64,000 nt of DNA from Algibacter sp. (GCA_050294475.1 JBNKOE010000005.1:11176-75175); one strand, 5' to 3'; positions 31,657 to 42,498 are shown, numbered from the stretch's first letter. A program made the numbers and translations. Notes: generated by a model from the sequence alone, not told the origin.

Positions 31657-34269
31657 CTAAACAATATAATCTTTAGCCTTTTCTAAAGCCTCATCTATTC
31701 CAGCTGGATTCTTTCCGCCTGCAGTTGCAAAAAATGGTTGACCGCCACCACCACCTTGAATATATTTCCCAAGTTCGCGAACAACTAAACCAGCATTAAG
31801 CCCTTTACTTGCTACCAATTCTTTAGAAATATAACAAGATAATAACGCTTTACCGTTTTGTTCGGTTCCAAATATTAAGAATAAATTTTCAAACTGACTT
31901 CCTAATTCAAAAGCTACATCTTTTATTCCTGAAGCATCTAAATCTAATTTCTTTGCTAAAAACTGAATACCGTTTATTTCTTGTAATTCAGATTTAAGCT
32001 CACCTTTTATGTTTTTAGCTTTATCTTTTAATAAAACATCTATTTGCTTTTTAAGACTTGCATTTTCTTCTTGTAAATTCTGTAATGCTTTAACAGGCTC
32101 TTGAGCATTATTAAGCAAATCTTTCATTTCAAAATAAGCGCGGTTATTTTCAAAATAAAAATCTTTAACAGCATCATTAGTTATAGCTTCTATACGACGA
32201 ATTCCTGCTGCTACAGCACCTTCAGACACAATTTTAAAATGCCAAATATCACCAGTATTTTTAACATGTGTTCCTCCACAAAGCTCAATAGATTGTCCAA
32301 AACGAATTGCACGAACAGTATCTCCATACTTTTCACCAAACAAACTCATTGCACCTTCAGCAATAGCTTCTTCTTTAGGTATATTACGTTTTTCTATTAA
32401 AGGTAATTTACCTTCAATTCTAGCGTTTACAAAGTTTTCTACATCGCGTAATTCTTCAACAGTAAGTTTAGAAAAATGCGAAAAATCGAAACGTAAATGC
32501 TTTGAATGTACCGCAGATCCTTTTTGTTCAACATGTGTTCCTAAAATTTCTCTTAAAGCTTGATGTAATAAATGTGTTGCTGTATGATTACATTCTGTTC
32601 TATAACGCTGTTTTTCATCAACAACAGCTTTAAAGGTTTCATTTATGCGATTTGGTAAGTTTTTTGAGTAATGTATAATAACATTACTTTCCTTTTTAGT
32701 ATCTAAAATATAAACCACATCACCATGAGTATCTTCTAAATAACCTTTATCTCCTACTTGTCCTCCACCTTCAGCATAAAAAGGAGTTAAATTAAAGACT
32801 AATTGATACATTTCACCATCTTTTTTAGAGGTTACTTTTCTGTACCTAGTTAATTTTACCTGAGCTTCTAAGGTGTCATAACCAACAAACTCTTCATCAG
32901 CATCATCATCTAAAATAGTCCAATCATCAGTAGTTATTTCACTTGCAGCACGCGAACGGCTTTTTTGTTTTTCAAGTTCTTTATTAAATCCTTCTTCATC
33001 TAATTTTAGATTTTTTTCAGAAAGAATCAATGCTGTTAAATCTATTGGAAAACCATAAGTATCATATAATTCAAAAGCTTTTTCACCAGAAACAGTATCG
33101 TCTTTTGTTTCTTCAACAATTCTGTTTAATAATACAAGACCTTGATCTAAAGTTCTTAAAAAAGAGTGTTCTTCTTCTTTAATTACATTTTCTATAAGTT
33201 GTTTTTGAGCTTTTAATTCAGGAAATGCGTGCCCCATTTTTTTACTCAAAACATCAACCAATCTATAAATAAATGGTTCTTTTTTATCTAAAAATGTAAA
33301 ACCGTAACGTACTGCACGACGCAAAATTCTTCTAATAACATATCCTGCACCAGTATTACTTGGTAACTGCCCATCGGCTATTGAAAATGCTACGGCACGA
33401 ACATGGTCTGAAATAACTCGAATAGCAATATCTACCTTATCATCTTTACCATAATTTTTATTAGTGATAGTTTCTATCTCACGAATTATTGGTGTAAAAA
33501 CATCGGTGTCGTAATTAGACTGTACGCCTTGTAACACCATGCATAAACGTTCAAACCCCATACCAGTATCAATATGTTTATTTGGTAAAGACTCTAACGA
33601 GCCGTTAGCTTTACGGTTGTATTGCATAAAGACCAAATTCCATATTTCTACCACTTGTGGATGATCCATATTCACCAAATCTTTCCCAGAAATTTTAGCT
33701 TTTTCTTCTGCTGAACGAATATCAACATGAATCTCACTACAAGGCCCACAAGGACCTTGATCTCCCATTTCCCAGAAATTATCTTTCTTATTACCTTTTA
33801 AAATACGATCTTCAGGAACAAATTGCTTCCATAAATCGTAAGCTTCGGTATCCATTTCTAGTTTATCATCTTCACTACCCTCAAAAACGGTAACATATAA
33901 TATATCTTTATCTATACCAAAAACCTCAGTAAGTAATTCCCAAGACCAAGCAATAGCTTCCTTTTTAAAATAATCGCCAAAACTCCAGTTACCTAACATT
34001 TCAAATAATGTATGGTGATAGGTATCATAACCAACTTCTTCTAAATCGTTATGCTTACCAGACACACGTAAACATTTTTGAGTATCGGCAATTCGATTAC
34101 TTTTAGGTTGGGCATTTCCTAAAAAATATTCTTTAAAAGGCGCCATACCAGAATTTACAAACATTAAGGTTGGATCATCTTTTAACACCATTGGTGCAGA
34201 TGGTACAATTGCGTGTTGCTTTTCTTTAAAAAAACTTAAAAACTTAGATCGAATATCTTGAGATTTCAT
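31657..34269 (-). CDS. alaS: Alanine--tRNA ligase
   Basis: [51 protein letters not shown]. Confidence 0.98.
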   Translation of the reverse strand: MKSQDIRSKFLSFFKEKQHAIVPSAPMVLKDDPTLMFVNSGMAPFKEYFLGNAQPKSNRIADTQKCLRVSGKHNDLEEVGYDTYHHTLFEMLGNWSFGDYFKKEAIAWSWELLTEVFGIDKDILYVTVFEGSEDDKLEMDTEAYDLWKQFVPEDRILKGNKKDNFWEMGDQGPCGPCSEIHVDIRSAEEKAKISGKDLVNMDHPQVVEIWNLVFMQYNRKANGSLESLPNKHIDTGMGFERLCMVLQGVQSNYDTDVFTPIIREIETITNKNYGKDDKVDIAIRVISDHVRAVAFSIADGQLPSNTGAGYVIRRILRRAVRYGFTFLDKKEPFIYRLVDVLSKKMGHAFPELKAQKQLIENVIKEEEHSFLRTLDQGLVLLNRIVEETKDDTVSGEKAFELYDTYGFPIDLTALILSEKNLKLDEEGFNKELEKQKSRSRAASEITTDDWTILDDDADEEFVGYDTLEAQVKLTRYRKVTSKKDGEMYQLVFNLTPFYAEGGGQVGDKGYLEDTHGDVVYILDTKKESNVIIHYSKNLPNRINETFKAVVDEKQRYRTECNHTATHLLHQALREILGTHVEQKGSAVHSKHLRFDFSHFSKLTVEELRDVENFVNARIEGKLPLIEKRNIPKEEAIAEGAMSLFGEKYGDTVRAIRFGQSIELCGGTHVKNTGDIWHFKIVSEGAVAAGIRRIEAITNDAVKDFYFENNRAYFEMKDLLNNAQEPVKALQNLQEENASLKKQIDVLLKDKAKNIKGELKSELQEINGIQFLAKKLDLDASGIKDVAFELGSQFENLFLIFGTEQNGKALLSCYISKELVASKGLNAGLVVRELGKYIQGGGGGQPFFATAGGKNPAGIDEALEKAKDYIV

Positions 34270-34481
34270 TTATATCTTCTCTTTTCTATTAAATTATATT
34301 AATTGCAAAACAATTTTTATCTTTACTCTCCATTTTTCATTTTAAATGGTGGAAAGAACAAAACTACAATTACATCAACACATATAGTATTGTAATAATT
34401 TTTTGTAGGTTTGGTCGTTTGCATATAAACACAATCTTTTGGTTGAATTTCATGAATTGCAAAAATAGTATATTTTAGGTA

Positions 34482-35453
34482 ATGAGTAAGGTAAAATATT
34501 ATTACGATTCCGAATCGCTTTCATATAAAAAAATAGAGCGTAAAAAACGCACTACTTTTAAGTATGCTACTATGTTTTTATTAGCATCTGCATTATTTGG
34601 TTTTTTATTTGTTTTTTTAGCGAGTCAATATGTAGAATCTCCTAAAGAACGTGCATTAAAAAGAGAACTTCAAAACGCACAATTGCAATTTGAATTGTTA
34701 AATAAGAAAATGGATGAAGCTGAATCTGTTTTAGCTAATATTGCAGATAGAGATAATAATATTTATCGTGTTTATTTTGAAGCAAACCCAATACCAGAAG
34801 CACAAAGAAAAGCAGGTTTTGGTGGAGTAAATAGATATAAAAAATTTGAAGGCTTTGACAATTCTAAACTTATTATAGAAAGCAATAAACGATTAGATAT
34901 TTTACAAAAAGAGATTGTAGTACAATCTAAATCTTTAGATGAAATAACAAAACTTGCTGAAGAAAAGGAAAAACTACTAGCTGCCATTCCAGCCATACAA
35001 CCTGTTAGCAATGAAGATTTAACTAGAATGGCATCTGGTTATGGCATGAGAACAGACCCTTTTAACAAAACCAGAAAAATGCATTGGGGCATGGACTTTA
35101 CTGCTCCAAGAGGCACGCCTATTTATGCAACTGGAGATGGTATTATTACTAGAGCAGACAATAGATCTACTGGTTATGGCAACCATATTAGAATAGATCA
35201 TGGTTTTGGATATGTTAGCCTTTACGCCCATTTATATAAATACAATGTTAGAAAAAACCAAAAAGTAAAACGTGGCGATCTTATAGGTTTTGTTGGGAGC
35301 ACAGGGCGATCTGAAGCACCACATTGCCACTATGAAGTTTTTAAAGACGGACAAAGAATTAACCCTATAAACTTTTATTACGGAAGTTTAACTGCTGAAG
35401 AATTCAGTAAACTATTGGAGCATGCTTCATTAGAAAACCAATCTCTAGATTAA
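34482..35453 (+). CDS. M23 family metallopeptidase
   Basis: HWGMDF, YAHL, HCHYEV. Confidence 0.92.
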   Translation: MSKVKYYYDSESLSYKKIERKKRTTFKYATMFLLASALFGFLFVFLASQYVESPKERALKRELQNAQLQFELLNKKMDEAESVLANIADRDNNIYRVYFEANPIPEAQRKAGFGGVNRYKKFEGFDNSKLIIESNKRLDILQKEIVVQSKSLDEITKLAEEKEKLLAAIPAIQPVSNEDLTRMASGYGMRTDPFNKTRKMHWGMDFTAPRGTPIYATGDGIITRADNRSTGYGNHIRIDHGFGYVSLYAHLYKYNVRKNQKVKRGDLIGFVGSTGRSEAPHCHYEVFKDGQRINPINFYYGSLTAEEFSKLLEHASLENQSLD

Positions 35454-35454
35454 T

Positions 35455-35784
35455 ATGCATGTAGATTTACCTGAAAAACGTTATTATGCTATAGGAGAAG
35501 TTGCAAAAGCTTTTGGCGTAAACACCTCTTTAATTCGTTTTTGGGAAAAAGAATTCGACGTTTTAAAACCAAAGAAAAACGCTAAAGGAAATCGAAAATT
35601 TACTCCAGAAGATATTAAAAACCTTAAATTCATCCATCATCTTGTTAAAGAACGTGGTTTTACACTTGAAGGAGCCAAAATACATTTAAAAGAAGGTAAA
35701 AAAGACACTCTTAACAATTTTGAAATAATAAGTAAATTGGAAGATATAAAAAATCAACTTATTAAAATTAAAGAACATCTTTAA
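35455..35784 (+). CDS. MerR-family transcriptional regulator
   Basis: YYAIGEVA...SLIRFWEKEF...GNRKF. Confidence 0.9.
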   Translation: MHVDLPEKRYYAIGEVAKAFGVNTSLIRFWEKEFDVLKPKKNAKGNRKFTPEDIKNLKFIHHLVKERGFTLEGAKIHLKEGKKDTLNNFEIISKLEDIKNQLIKIKEHL

Positions 35785-35880
35785 TCATTCTCTTAAAAAA
35801 AACAATTTAACTTGTAACTTTTATACAAGTTTTGTGTCATACACTACTAACAATTAAAAAGATTTTTAAAACTCACTATC

Positions 35881-36468
35881 ATGAAAAAATGGCTACCATT
35901 AATTATTATCATTGCTGTAATTCTTTTAATATTTAAATGGGGAATTGGAACAAACAATATGCTGGTTGAAAAAGAAGGTTTAGCAAAAGCACAATGGGCA
36001 AATGTTGAAAGTTCTTACCAAAGAAGAGCAGATTTAATACCTAACCTAGTAGCAACCGTAAAAGGCTATGCTGCACACGAAAAAGAAACCTTAGAAGGTG
36101 TAATTAAAGCACGTTCTGAAGCAACAAAAACAACCATTAATGCTGGTGACTTAACACCAGAAAAGATGGCGCAATTTCAACAAGCTCAACAAGGTTTAAG
36201 TGGTGCTCTATCTAAATTATTAGTAACTGTAGAAAGATACCCTGATTTAAAAGCAGATAAAAGTTTTTTAGAACTCCAATCGCAACTTGAAGGTACAGAA
36301 AACAGAATTAATGTAGAACGAAATCGTTTTAATCAAATTGCAGGAGAATACAATATCATTATTAAAAAAATACCAACCAACTTTATAGCAAGTATGAGAG
36401 GGTTTGAAGGCATGCCTTTATACAAATCTGATTCAGGAAGTGAAAATGCTCCTAAAGTAGAATTCTAA
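35881..36468 (+). CDS. lemA: LemA family protein
   Basis: YQRRADLIPNLV, ERYPDLKA, LEGTENRI. Confidence 0.92.
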   Translation: MKKWLPLIIIIAVILLIFKWGIGTNNMLVEKEGLAKAQWANVESSYQRRADLIPNLVATVKGYAAHEKETLEGVIKARSEATKTTINAGDLTPEKMAQFQQAQQGLSGALSKLLVTVERYPDLKADKSFLELQSQLEGTENRINVERNRFNQIAGEYNIIIKKIPTNFIASMRGFEGMPLYKSDSGSENAPKVEF

Positions 36469-36905
36469 TGTCTAAAATCGAAGATTTTTTAACACCATTT
36501 GAAGAAGAAGAAATTATCGAAGCCATAAGAATTGCTGAGCTTAATACTTCTGGTGAAATACGAGTACATCTCGAAAAAACATCGAATGGCGATGCCACAA
36601 ATCGTGCTTTAGAATTATTTTACACCTTAAAAATGGATAACACCAAACTTCAAAATGGTGTTTTAATTTATGTTGCTGTTGAAGATAAAACTTTTGTTAT
36701 TTATGGAGACAAAGGCATAAACGATGTTGTTTCAAACACATTTTGGGATAGCACTAAAGATATTATGCAATCGCATTTTAAACAAGGTAATTTTAAACAA
36801 GGCTTGGTTGAAGGTATTATAAAATCTGGCGAACAATTGAAAAAATATTTCCCGTGGCAAGATGATGATATTAATGAACTATCTAACGAAATATCTAAAG
36901 GATAA
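36468..36905 (+). CDS. TPM domain protein
   Basis: AELNTSGEIRVH, NGVLIY; within the lemA operon. Confidence 0.88.
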   Translation: MSKIEDFLTPFEEEEIIEAIRIAELNTSGEIRVHLEKTSNGDATNRALELFYTLKMDNTKLQNGVLIYVAVEDKTFVIYGDKGINDVVSNTFWDSTKDIMQSHFKQGNFKQGLVEGIIKSGEQLKKYFPWQDDDINELSNEISKG

Positions 36906-36915
36906 GATTTAAAGT

Positions 36916-37767
36916 ATGCAGTATTCAGTATCCAAATCCAATATTCAGTCTTACTTTAAAACAAAAAACACAATATTATTCTCATTTTTTGTTGCTTTTT
37001 TATCGTTTAGCTTTTCTTATGCACAATTTGAAATTCCTGAAAAACCAGACTTTCAAACTAGTATTTATGATTATTCAAAATTACTTTCTACTTCGCAAAA
37101 AAATAACCTTGAACAAAAGTTAATAAAATATTCAGACACAACTTCCACTCAAATAGTTATAGCTATTATCAATTCAACCAATGGTGAAAACATCAACTTC
37201 TTAGGTGCTCAATGGGGGCAAAAATGGGGTATTGGACAAAAAAAGGAGGATAACGGCATTTTAATTTTACTTGCTAAAAACGATAGAAGAATAGCTATAA
37301 ACACTGGATATGGTATAGAATACCTTTTAACAGATGCCCTATCTAAACGTATTATTGAACGAGATATTATTCCCTATTTTAAACAAAACGATTATTATGG
37401 CGGATTAAATCGCGGTGCTGATGCTATTTTTGAAGTACTGAACGGTGAATATCAAGGAACAAGAAAAACATCTTCTAATAACGGGGTTCCTGTTGGACTT
37501 ATAGTCATTATTATTTTTATCATTATTATCATTTCTATTTCTAAAAATAGACGAGGTGGTGGTAATAATAGAGGAAACAGATCTGGCGGTATAGATATTT
37601 TAGAAGCCATTATTTTAAGTAATATGGGACGTGGTAATTACCACAAAGGTTCTTCTGGAGGCTTTGGAAGTAACTCAGGTGGTGGATGGTCATCTGGTGG
37701 TGGCGGTTTTGGCGGCGGCTTCGGAGGTGGCGGCTTCGGAGGTGGCGGTGCTTCTGGAGGTTGGTAA
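36916..37767 (+). CDS. TPM domain protein (YgcG-like) with Gly-rich tail
   Basis: WGIGQK..DNGILIL, GYGIE..LTDA, GGGFGGGGASGGW. Confidence 0.9.
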   Translation: MQYSVSKSNIQSYFKTKNTILFSFFVAFLSFSFSYAQFEIPEKPDFQTSIYDYSKLLSTSQKNNLEQKLIKYSDTTSTQIVIAIINSTNGENINFLGAQWGQKWGIGQKKEDNGILILLAKNDRRIAINTGYGIEYLLTDALSKRIIERDIIPYFKQNDYYGGLNRGADAIFEVLNGEYQGTRKTSSNNGVPVGLIVIIIFIIIIISISKNRRGGGNNRGNRSGGIDILEAIILSNMGRGNYHKGSSGGFGSNSGGGWSSGGGGFGGGFGGGGFGGGGASGGW

Positions 37768-37843
37768 TACTAACTAGTAACAAAACGCTCTCTAAGTAAT
37801 AATTTTTTATTCAAAGTGCTCTAACAATTTCATTGAGTACTTT

Positions 37844-37945
37844 ATAAAAAATAATGACTCTAATTCAGATTTAAGCAATTATGTTAATTTTAAGAATGAA
37901 AAAGAACCAACCACTATTAATTTAGGAATTGGAATTGAATTATAA
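37844..37945 (+). pseudogene. 3' remnant of a cassette ORF
   Basis: Startless frame ...DLSNYVNFKNEKEPTTINLGIGIEL* ending 1 nt before attC-like site B. Confidence 0.45.
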
Positions 37946-37946
37946 C

Positions 37947-38080
37947 GTATGCTAACACAGTATCAAAAATCGCTAATTTTATCCTAAACCAATGTTAGTA
38001 GCTTTGCTTGCTTACGATTTTACTTCGAAAAATACTCGCACACAAACCCGCACTATTCTTATACAATCACGTTGCATGTA
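37947..38080 (+). repeat. attC-like site B (left arm decayed)
   Basis: TGCTAAC-ACA-GTAT... ; right part TACTTCGAAAAATACTCGCACACAAACCCGCACTATTCTTATAC-AATCAC-GTT closely matches site A. Confidence 0.8.
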
Positions 38081-38101
38081 ATTTGAACAAATTAAATATA
38101 A

Positions 38102-39064
38102 ATGAAAAAATTAAATCTGATTTTATTGGTGTTAATCCCAATATTAAGTTTCGGACAAACTGAAAAAGAAACTAACAAAAAGATTTCTGCTGAATTTGAA
38201 AAACACTTCAATTCAGATGAATATCAAAAGATTTTTGACTTGTTTTCGCCTGAAATGAAAAGTGCCTTACCAATTGAACAAACGACTGACTTTTTAAAAG
38301 GACTGAAAAGTCAGACAGGAAAAATTAAAAAAAGGGAATTTATAAAATATGAGCAGACTTATGCCTCTTATAAGACAATCTTTGAACGAACTATTTTTGC
38401 AGTAAATATATCACTTGACAATAATGCAGAAATCAATGGTCTTTTTGTAAAACCTTTTAAAGAAGATAATCTTCCCAAACTTGAAAGAAATAAAACGAAA
38501 CTGGTTTTGCCGTTTAATAGTGAGTGGACAGTAATTTGGGGCGGAGACACTAAAGAATTAAACTATCACGTAGAAAGCGAAGCTCAAAAAAACGCATTCG
38601 ATATTGTAATTACAGACAAAAACGGAAAAACCTTTAAAACAGACGGAAAAACAAACGAAGATTATTATGCTTTTGGAAAAGAATTTATTGCACCTTGTGA
38701 TGCAGAAGTGGTTTTAGCGGTTGACGGAATAAAAGACAACACACCTGGAGAATTAAATCCTATTTACATTCCAGGAAATACTGTAATTTTAAAAACAGAA
38801 AATGACGAATATTTATTCTTTGCTCATTTCAAACAAAATTCGATTGTCGTAAAACAAGGACAAAAAATAAAACAAGGAGAATTATTAGGGCTTTGTGGAA
38901 ATTCCGGAAATTCTTCAGAAGCTCATTTACATTTCCACATTCAAAATGTGGAAGATATAAACAAAGCGACTGGAGTAAAATGTTATTTTGACGAAATAAT
39001 TGTGAATGGAGAATTGAAAAAAGACTATTCGCCAATAAAAGGAGAAGAAATTAAAAACAAATAA
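38102..39064 (+). CDS. Cassette 1: exported M23 peptidase with N-terminal DUF3887-like domain
   Basis: Signal peptide; AFDIV, FAHFKQ, GNSGNSSEAHLHFH. Confidence 0.85.
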   Translation: MKKLNLILLVLIPILSFGQTEKETNKKISAEFEKHFNSDEYQKIFDLFSPEMKSALPIEQTTDFLKGLKSQTGKIKKREFIKYEQTYASYKTIFERTIFAVNISLDNNAEINGLFVKPFKEDNLPKLERNKTKLVLPFNSEWTVIWGGDTKELNYHVESEAQKNAFDIVITDKNGKTFKTDGKTNEDYYAFGKEFIAPCDAEVVLAVDGIKDNTPGELNPIYIPGNTVILKTENDEYLFFAHFKQNSIVVKQGQKIKQGELLGLCGNSGNSSEAHLHFHIQNVEDINKATGVKCYFDEIIVNGELKKDYSPIKGEEIKNK

Positions 39065-39068
39065 AAAC

Positions 39069-39207
39069 TACTGGCAGCAATGGTTATAAGTAATTGCCTG
39101 TTCTCGCCTACTTCTAAAAATACTCGCAGATTTTTAGCTTAGGTGTGTACTTGCAGAGTTAAGTGCTAGACTACGCAACTACTCATAGCCAAACCATTGG
39201 CGTTAAT
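39069..39207 (+). repeat. attC-like site C (both cores mutated)
   Basis: CTGGCAGC-AAT-GGTTATAAGTAATTGC ... GCAACTACTCATAGCC-AAACC-ATTGGCGTTA; AAC changed to AGC and GTT to ATT. Confidence 0.8.
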
Positions 39208-39242
39208 TTTGGAAACAAACTGCAAAATTGAAAACACATAAG

Positions 39243-40343
39243 ATGAAATATTCATTACTAATAATTATCTTGATTAATACAATATTGAGCTATAGTCAAG
39301 AGATAACCATAGAAAAAATAAAATTAACTGAAACAGTTGATAATCGTTATGTTTCTGAAATCCCTAAAGTAAAAGACTTAACCAATAATAAAAATCCTAT
39401 TGTAGAGAAAATTAATTCTCAGATTCTTGATCGTTTTATGATTAATAGCTTTAATCAAAATGAATTAGAAGAATTTAGATGGTACGAAGTTGAATGTTCA
39501 TTTGAGATAAAAGAGAATATTCTTTATATATCATTTGCAGGAGAGTACTATGGAGCATATCCAAATTATGTTGAAGATGAATTTTATTTTGATTTAAAAA
39601 ATGGGGAGCCTCTAAAATTATCCATTATTCCTTTTCAAGCGTTATTCACATTATCTGGATATCTAGATTTTCTTAACAAATATTGGCTTAAAGGAGTTAA
39701 AAAGAAATTTATAGCTGCTATCGAGTGTGCGGAATTTGAGCCTTACTGTAGTTACTATGACATTTATAATTACAGTGTAAAAGATAATAAATTCTCGATT
39801 TCGCTATCAAATGACTGTTATCCTCACGTAGCTCAGGCATGTTCTCCTTATTATGAAATATCTGTAGAACTTGATACTCTTAAACAATACATAAATGAAC
39901 TTGGAAAATATATCCTTTTAGAAAGCAATTATTTATCAGAAACTCCAATTGAAAAGTTTTTAGAAAATGAGAAATTGAAGAAAGAAACAGAAAACAATTT
40001 ATTCATCTTTGGGAAGATTGACGATAAATATCCTTTTAGTATGGCAATAAATATAGATAATCAAGGAGTAATATCTGGTTACTATTATTATGATTTAAAA
40101 CTTCAAAAACTGGTATTGAAAGGACAAAAAAAAGATAATACTATGCTATTAACCGAGACAATTAACAATAAACAAACTGGATTCTTCGAGCTAAATATTA
40201 GCAATACATACAACTCGGAAAGTTTCTTTTTATATGACTCTAACGGAAATGATAAATACTTGATTGGAAAATGGCTGAATTCTGATAAAACGAAGATTCT
40301 TGACATTAAATTTTCAGAAGTAAAAACAAATGATAAAAACTAA
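39243..40343 (+). CDS. Cassette 2: exported hypothetical protein (RsiV/DUF3298-like region possible)
   Basis: Signal peptide; INSQIL...YISFAGEYYGAYP..FYFDLKNG; stop codon overlaps the core TAACGCCAAC. Confidence 0.7.
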   Translation: MKYSLLIIILINTILSYSQEITIEKIKLTETVDNRYVSEIPKVKDLTNNKNPIVEKINSQILDRFMINSFNQNELEEFRWYEVECSFEIKENILYISFAGEYYGAYPNYVEDEFYFDLKNGEPLKLSIIPFQALFTLSGYLDFLNKYWLKGVKKKFIAAIECAEFEPYCSYYDIYNYSVKDNKFSISLSNDCYPHVAQACSPYYEISVELDTLKQYINELGKYILLESNYLSETPIEKFLENEKLKKETENNLFIFGKIDDKYPFSMAINIDNQGVISGYYYYDLKLQKLVLKGQKKDNTMLLTETINNKQTGFFELNISNTYNSESFFLYDSNGNDKYLIGKWLNSDKTKILDIKFSEVKTNDKN

Positions 40344-40455
40344 CGCCAACACTTAGATGTAGTGCATTCGGGTTCTAGCGGCTTGCGAGCGTTTGTAGCT
40401 CGTAAAAAAAGTAGATATAAACTGATTCGCTAAAAAATTAGATTTACTATAACCC
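40341..40455 (+). repeat. attC-like site D, left part only
   Basis: TAACGCCAAC is the reverse complement of the cassette 2 start (G/A)TTGGCGTTA; no right arm or GTT before the next ORF. Confidence 0.6.
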
Positions 40456-40471
40456 TTAAGACTATATAGAA

Positions 40472-41053
40472 ATGCAAAATGAAATTAAATTAACAACAAA
40501 AAAGATTAAAACGGCACAAAAAATAGGTAATGTCTTTTTTGCCATTATACTTATTTTAAATGTCTGGATTATGATTAAACCTTTAATCGTTAATTTTGAT
40601 CTAAGGGATATTGGGGTGTTTAAGCTTCTTAGAAATAATGAGACATATGTAGTACTTGGTGCATTTGTAATATTACTTGGCGTTCGGTTTTTAGTTATTA
40701 ATTTTCTTGCTATATCAGGAGCTAAAATTATAGGAGATAATATAATTATACAAAAACAATTCAAGCCTGATAAGGCTTACTTGTTTAATCAGATAGTTTC
40801 TATTAATTCTATTGGGTATAGAAATGTGCGATTTTTTAAATTATCGATACAAGACAACAATAAAATTAATGAGTGTTTAATATTTAGCACATATTGTTTG
40901 CCAGAATTTGAAAATAAAAATGTAGAACAGGTTTTGATTAGTTTACAAAAAACAGATAGCAGAAATAAAAATAGTAGTATTGAATTACTCAAAAACATAG
41001 ACATAATAAACATATTTTTAGAATTCAAAAAGAGGTTTTCTTTTAGAAAATGA
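40472..41053 (+). CDS. Cassette 3: hypothetical membrane protein
   Basis: Two TM segments; 193-aa ORF between hairpin sites. Confidence 0.65.
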   Translation: MQNEIKLTTKKIKTAQKIGNVFFAIILILNVWIMIKPLIVNFDLRDIGVFKLLRNNETYVVLGAFVILLGVRFLVINFLAISGAKIIGDNIIIQKQFKPDKAYLFNQIVSINSIGYRNVRFFKLSIQDNNKINECLIFSTYCLPEFENKNVEQVLISLQKTDSRNKNSSIELLKNIDIINIFLEFKKRFSFRK

Positions 41054-41145
41054 TTTAAACCCGAATAATTTGTATGTAAGATGTTTACAATTAAGAAATA
41101 TTGAAAACATATAAGTCTTTCATTTCAACATATCGGAATAACAAC

Positions 41146-41282
41146 AAATCGCTAAGTGCTCATAAATAATATGGCAGCCAGTGGTTTGCGAAGGACTGTT
41201 CTTTTGATTATGTTTGATTCAAATTTGGATAGAAGTTTGGTAAAGTGCCAAACTATTCATAGCACAAAACGTTAGGCTCCAT
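41146..41282 (+). repeat. attC-like site E
   Basis: TCGCTAAG-TGCTCATAAATAATATGGC ... GCCAAACTATTCATAGCA-CAAAAC-GTTAGGC; R' fits GTTRRRY; left core damaged. Confidence 0.72.
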
Positions 41283-41313
41283 GCTAAGAGTCGTACACAT
41301 TGATTAAAAATAT

Positions 41314-42354
41314 ATGAATTACCAAAATTATTTACTCACATACCTTGTCTTTATCCTTTTTTGTGGATGTAATTCTAATAGTTCTCAAAATCGAATTAAT
41401 AATAAGACAAAAGAAATTGAATTAATTAAATCTGTAAAAAAAGATACTATTTCATCTGCAATATTGGATAAAGAAAAAATTTCTTCTACAAAAAACACAA
41501 AGATTCAAGACTTACTTGATAAAGTAGAATTATTGCAAGTTCCTTTAACTTATTCTTTTGAAGACACTTTCAATATTAATGCAATAAAAGAAACAAAGCC
41601 TTTATCTGATGAGGTTTTGGATTTACTGAGTGTTGAAAAAATTCACAATGGAGAATATGATTTTAGGGGAAGGCTTTGGTTGTCATTTCAGCTTAATTTG
41701 TCAAAGAATTTTAAAACCTTGGTTTTTTCTATCGAAGATGGTGGTTCGGGCGAGAGTGTACTTGTTAATTATTCAAATGATTTTAAATTTATTGATTATA
41801 GAAGTATTGCTTATGAAGATTATGCAGAAGGATGGTTCTCGTCTAATTCATTGATTGAAAAAAATAGAATGTTTTTATATAAGGATAGCTATACAGATTA
41901 TCCTGCGGAATACGATACAATATGTTTGGTTATAGATGAATATGGAGGAATAGATACCTTACCTGTTGAAAAAACAACCAAAATAGATAATGCAACAGTA
42001 GATGACACATACAATAATGTTCATGAATCAATTAGGGCGTATAAAAAATTAGAAAATATATTAGTAACAGAGAAGTTTCTAATACGGATAGACAGATTAA
42101 ACGATAAAAGTTATCGTTATGCTTCATGGTCGAAAAATCAAAAAGTATCAGAGAAACCAGATTTGGTATTGTTAAAAGGTGAATATTTAAGAGAAGGAAC
42201 TGGTGGTAATTATAGTTATGAATTTAGTAATGGTAACTATCTTTATCGGTGTTCATTTCAGCCGTTAAGAGAAAGTCAGGCTCCTCCTGCAGTTTTAAGA
42301 GTGTACAAAGACGATGAAGAAATTTTATATCAACCTGCAGAAATAATAAAATAA
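41314..42354 (+). CDS. Cassette 4: hypothetical lipoprotein
   Basis: Lipobox-like FCGC; C-terminal IRID...YRYASW...KPDLVL..G..GTGGN.SYEF.NG.Y.Y domain. Confidence 0.72.
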   Translation: MNYQNYLLTYLVFILFCGCNSNSSQNRINNKTKEIELIKSVKKDTISSAILDKEKISSTKNTKIQDLLDKVELLQVPLTYSFEDTFNINAIKETKPLSDEVLDLLSVEKIHNGEYDFRGRLWLSFQLNLSKNFKTLVFSIEDGGSGESVLVNYSNDFKFIDYRSIAYEDYAEGWFSSNSLIEKNRMFLYKDSYTDYPAEYDTICLVIDEYGGIDTLPVEKTTKIDNATVDDTYNNVHESIRAYKKLENILVTEKFLIRIDRLNDKSYRYASWSKNQKVSEKPDLVLLKGEYLREGTGGNYSYEFSNGNYLYRCSFQPLRESQAPPAVLRVYKDDEEILYQPAEIIK

Positions 42355-42360
42355 TGCACG

Positions 42361-42498
42361 AGATTACAACACTTTATAAATTTAATTACGGGTATACTTA
42401 AATTGGCGGCTTTGTCCATTTACTGTTCCTTTTGTTTATCTGAACAAAGAAACGCTTCAAAATTCGCAACGTCAATTTATAAATAATCGTTATGTTTC
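42361..42498 (+). repeat. attC-like site F
   Basis: ATTACAAC-ACT-TTATAAATTTAATTACG ... CGCAACGTCAATTTATAA-ATAATC-GTTATGT. Confidence 0.78.

Noticed and set aside
37714-37748. 15-bp tandem repeat GGCGGCTTCGGAGGT
   Set aside because: It encodes the normal Gly-rich tail of TPM proteins.
37947-42498. CRISPR array
   Set aside because: The repeats are long and divergent and are separated by whole genes; no cas genes are present.
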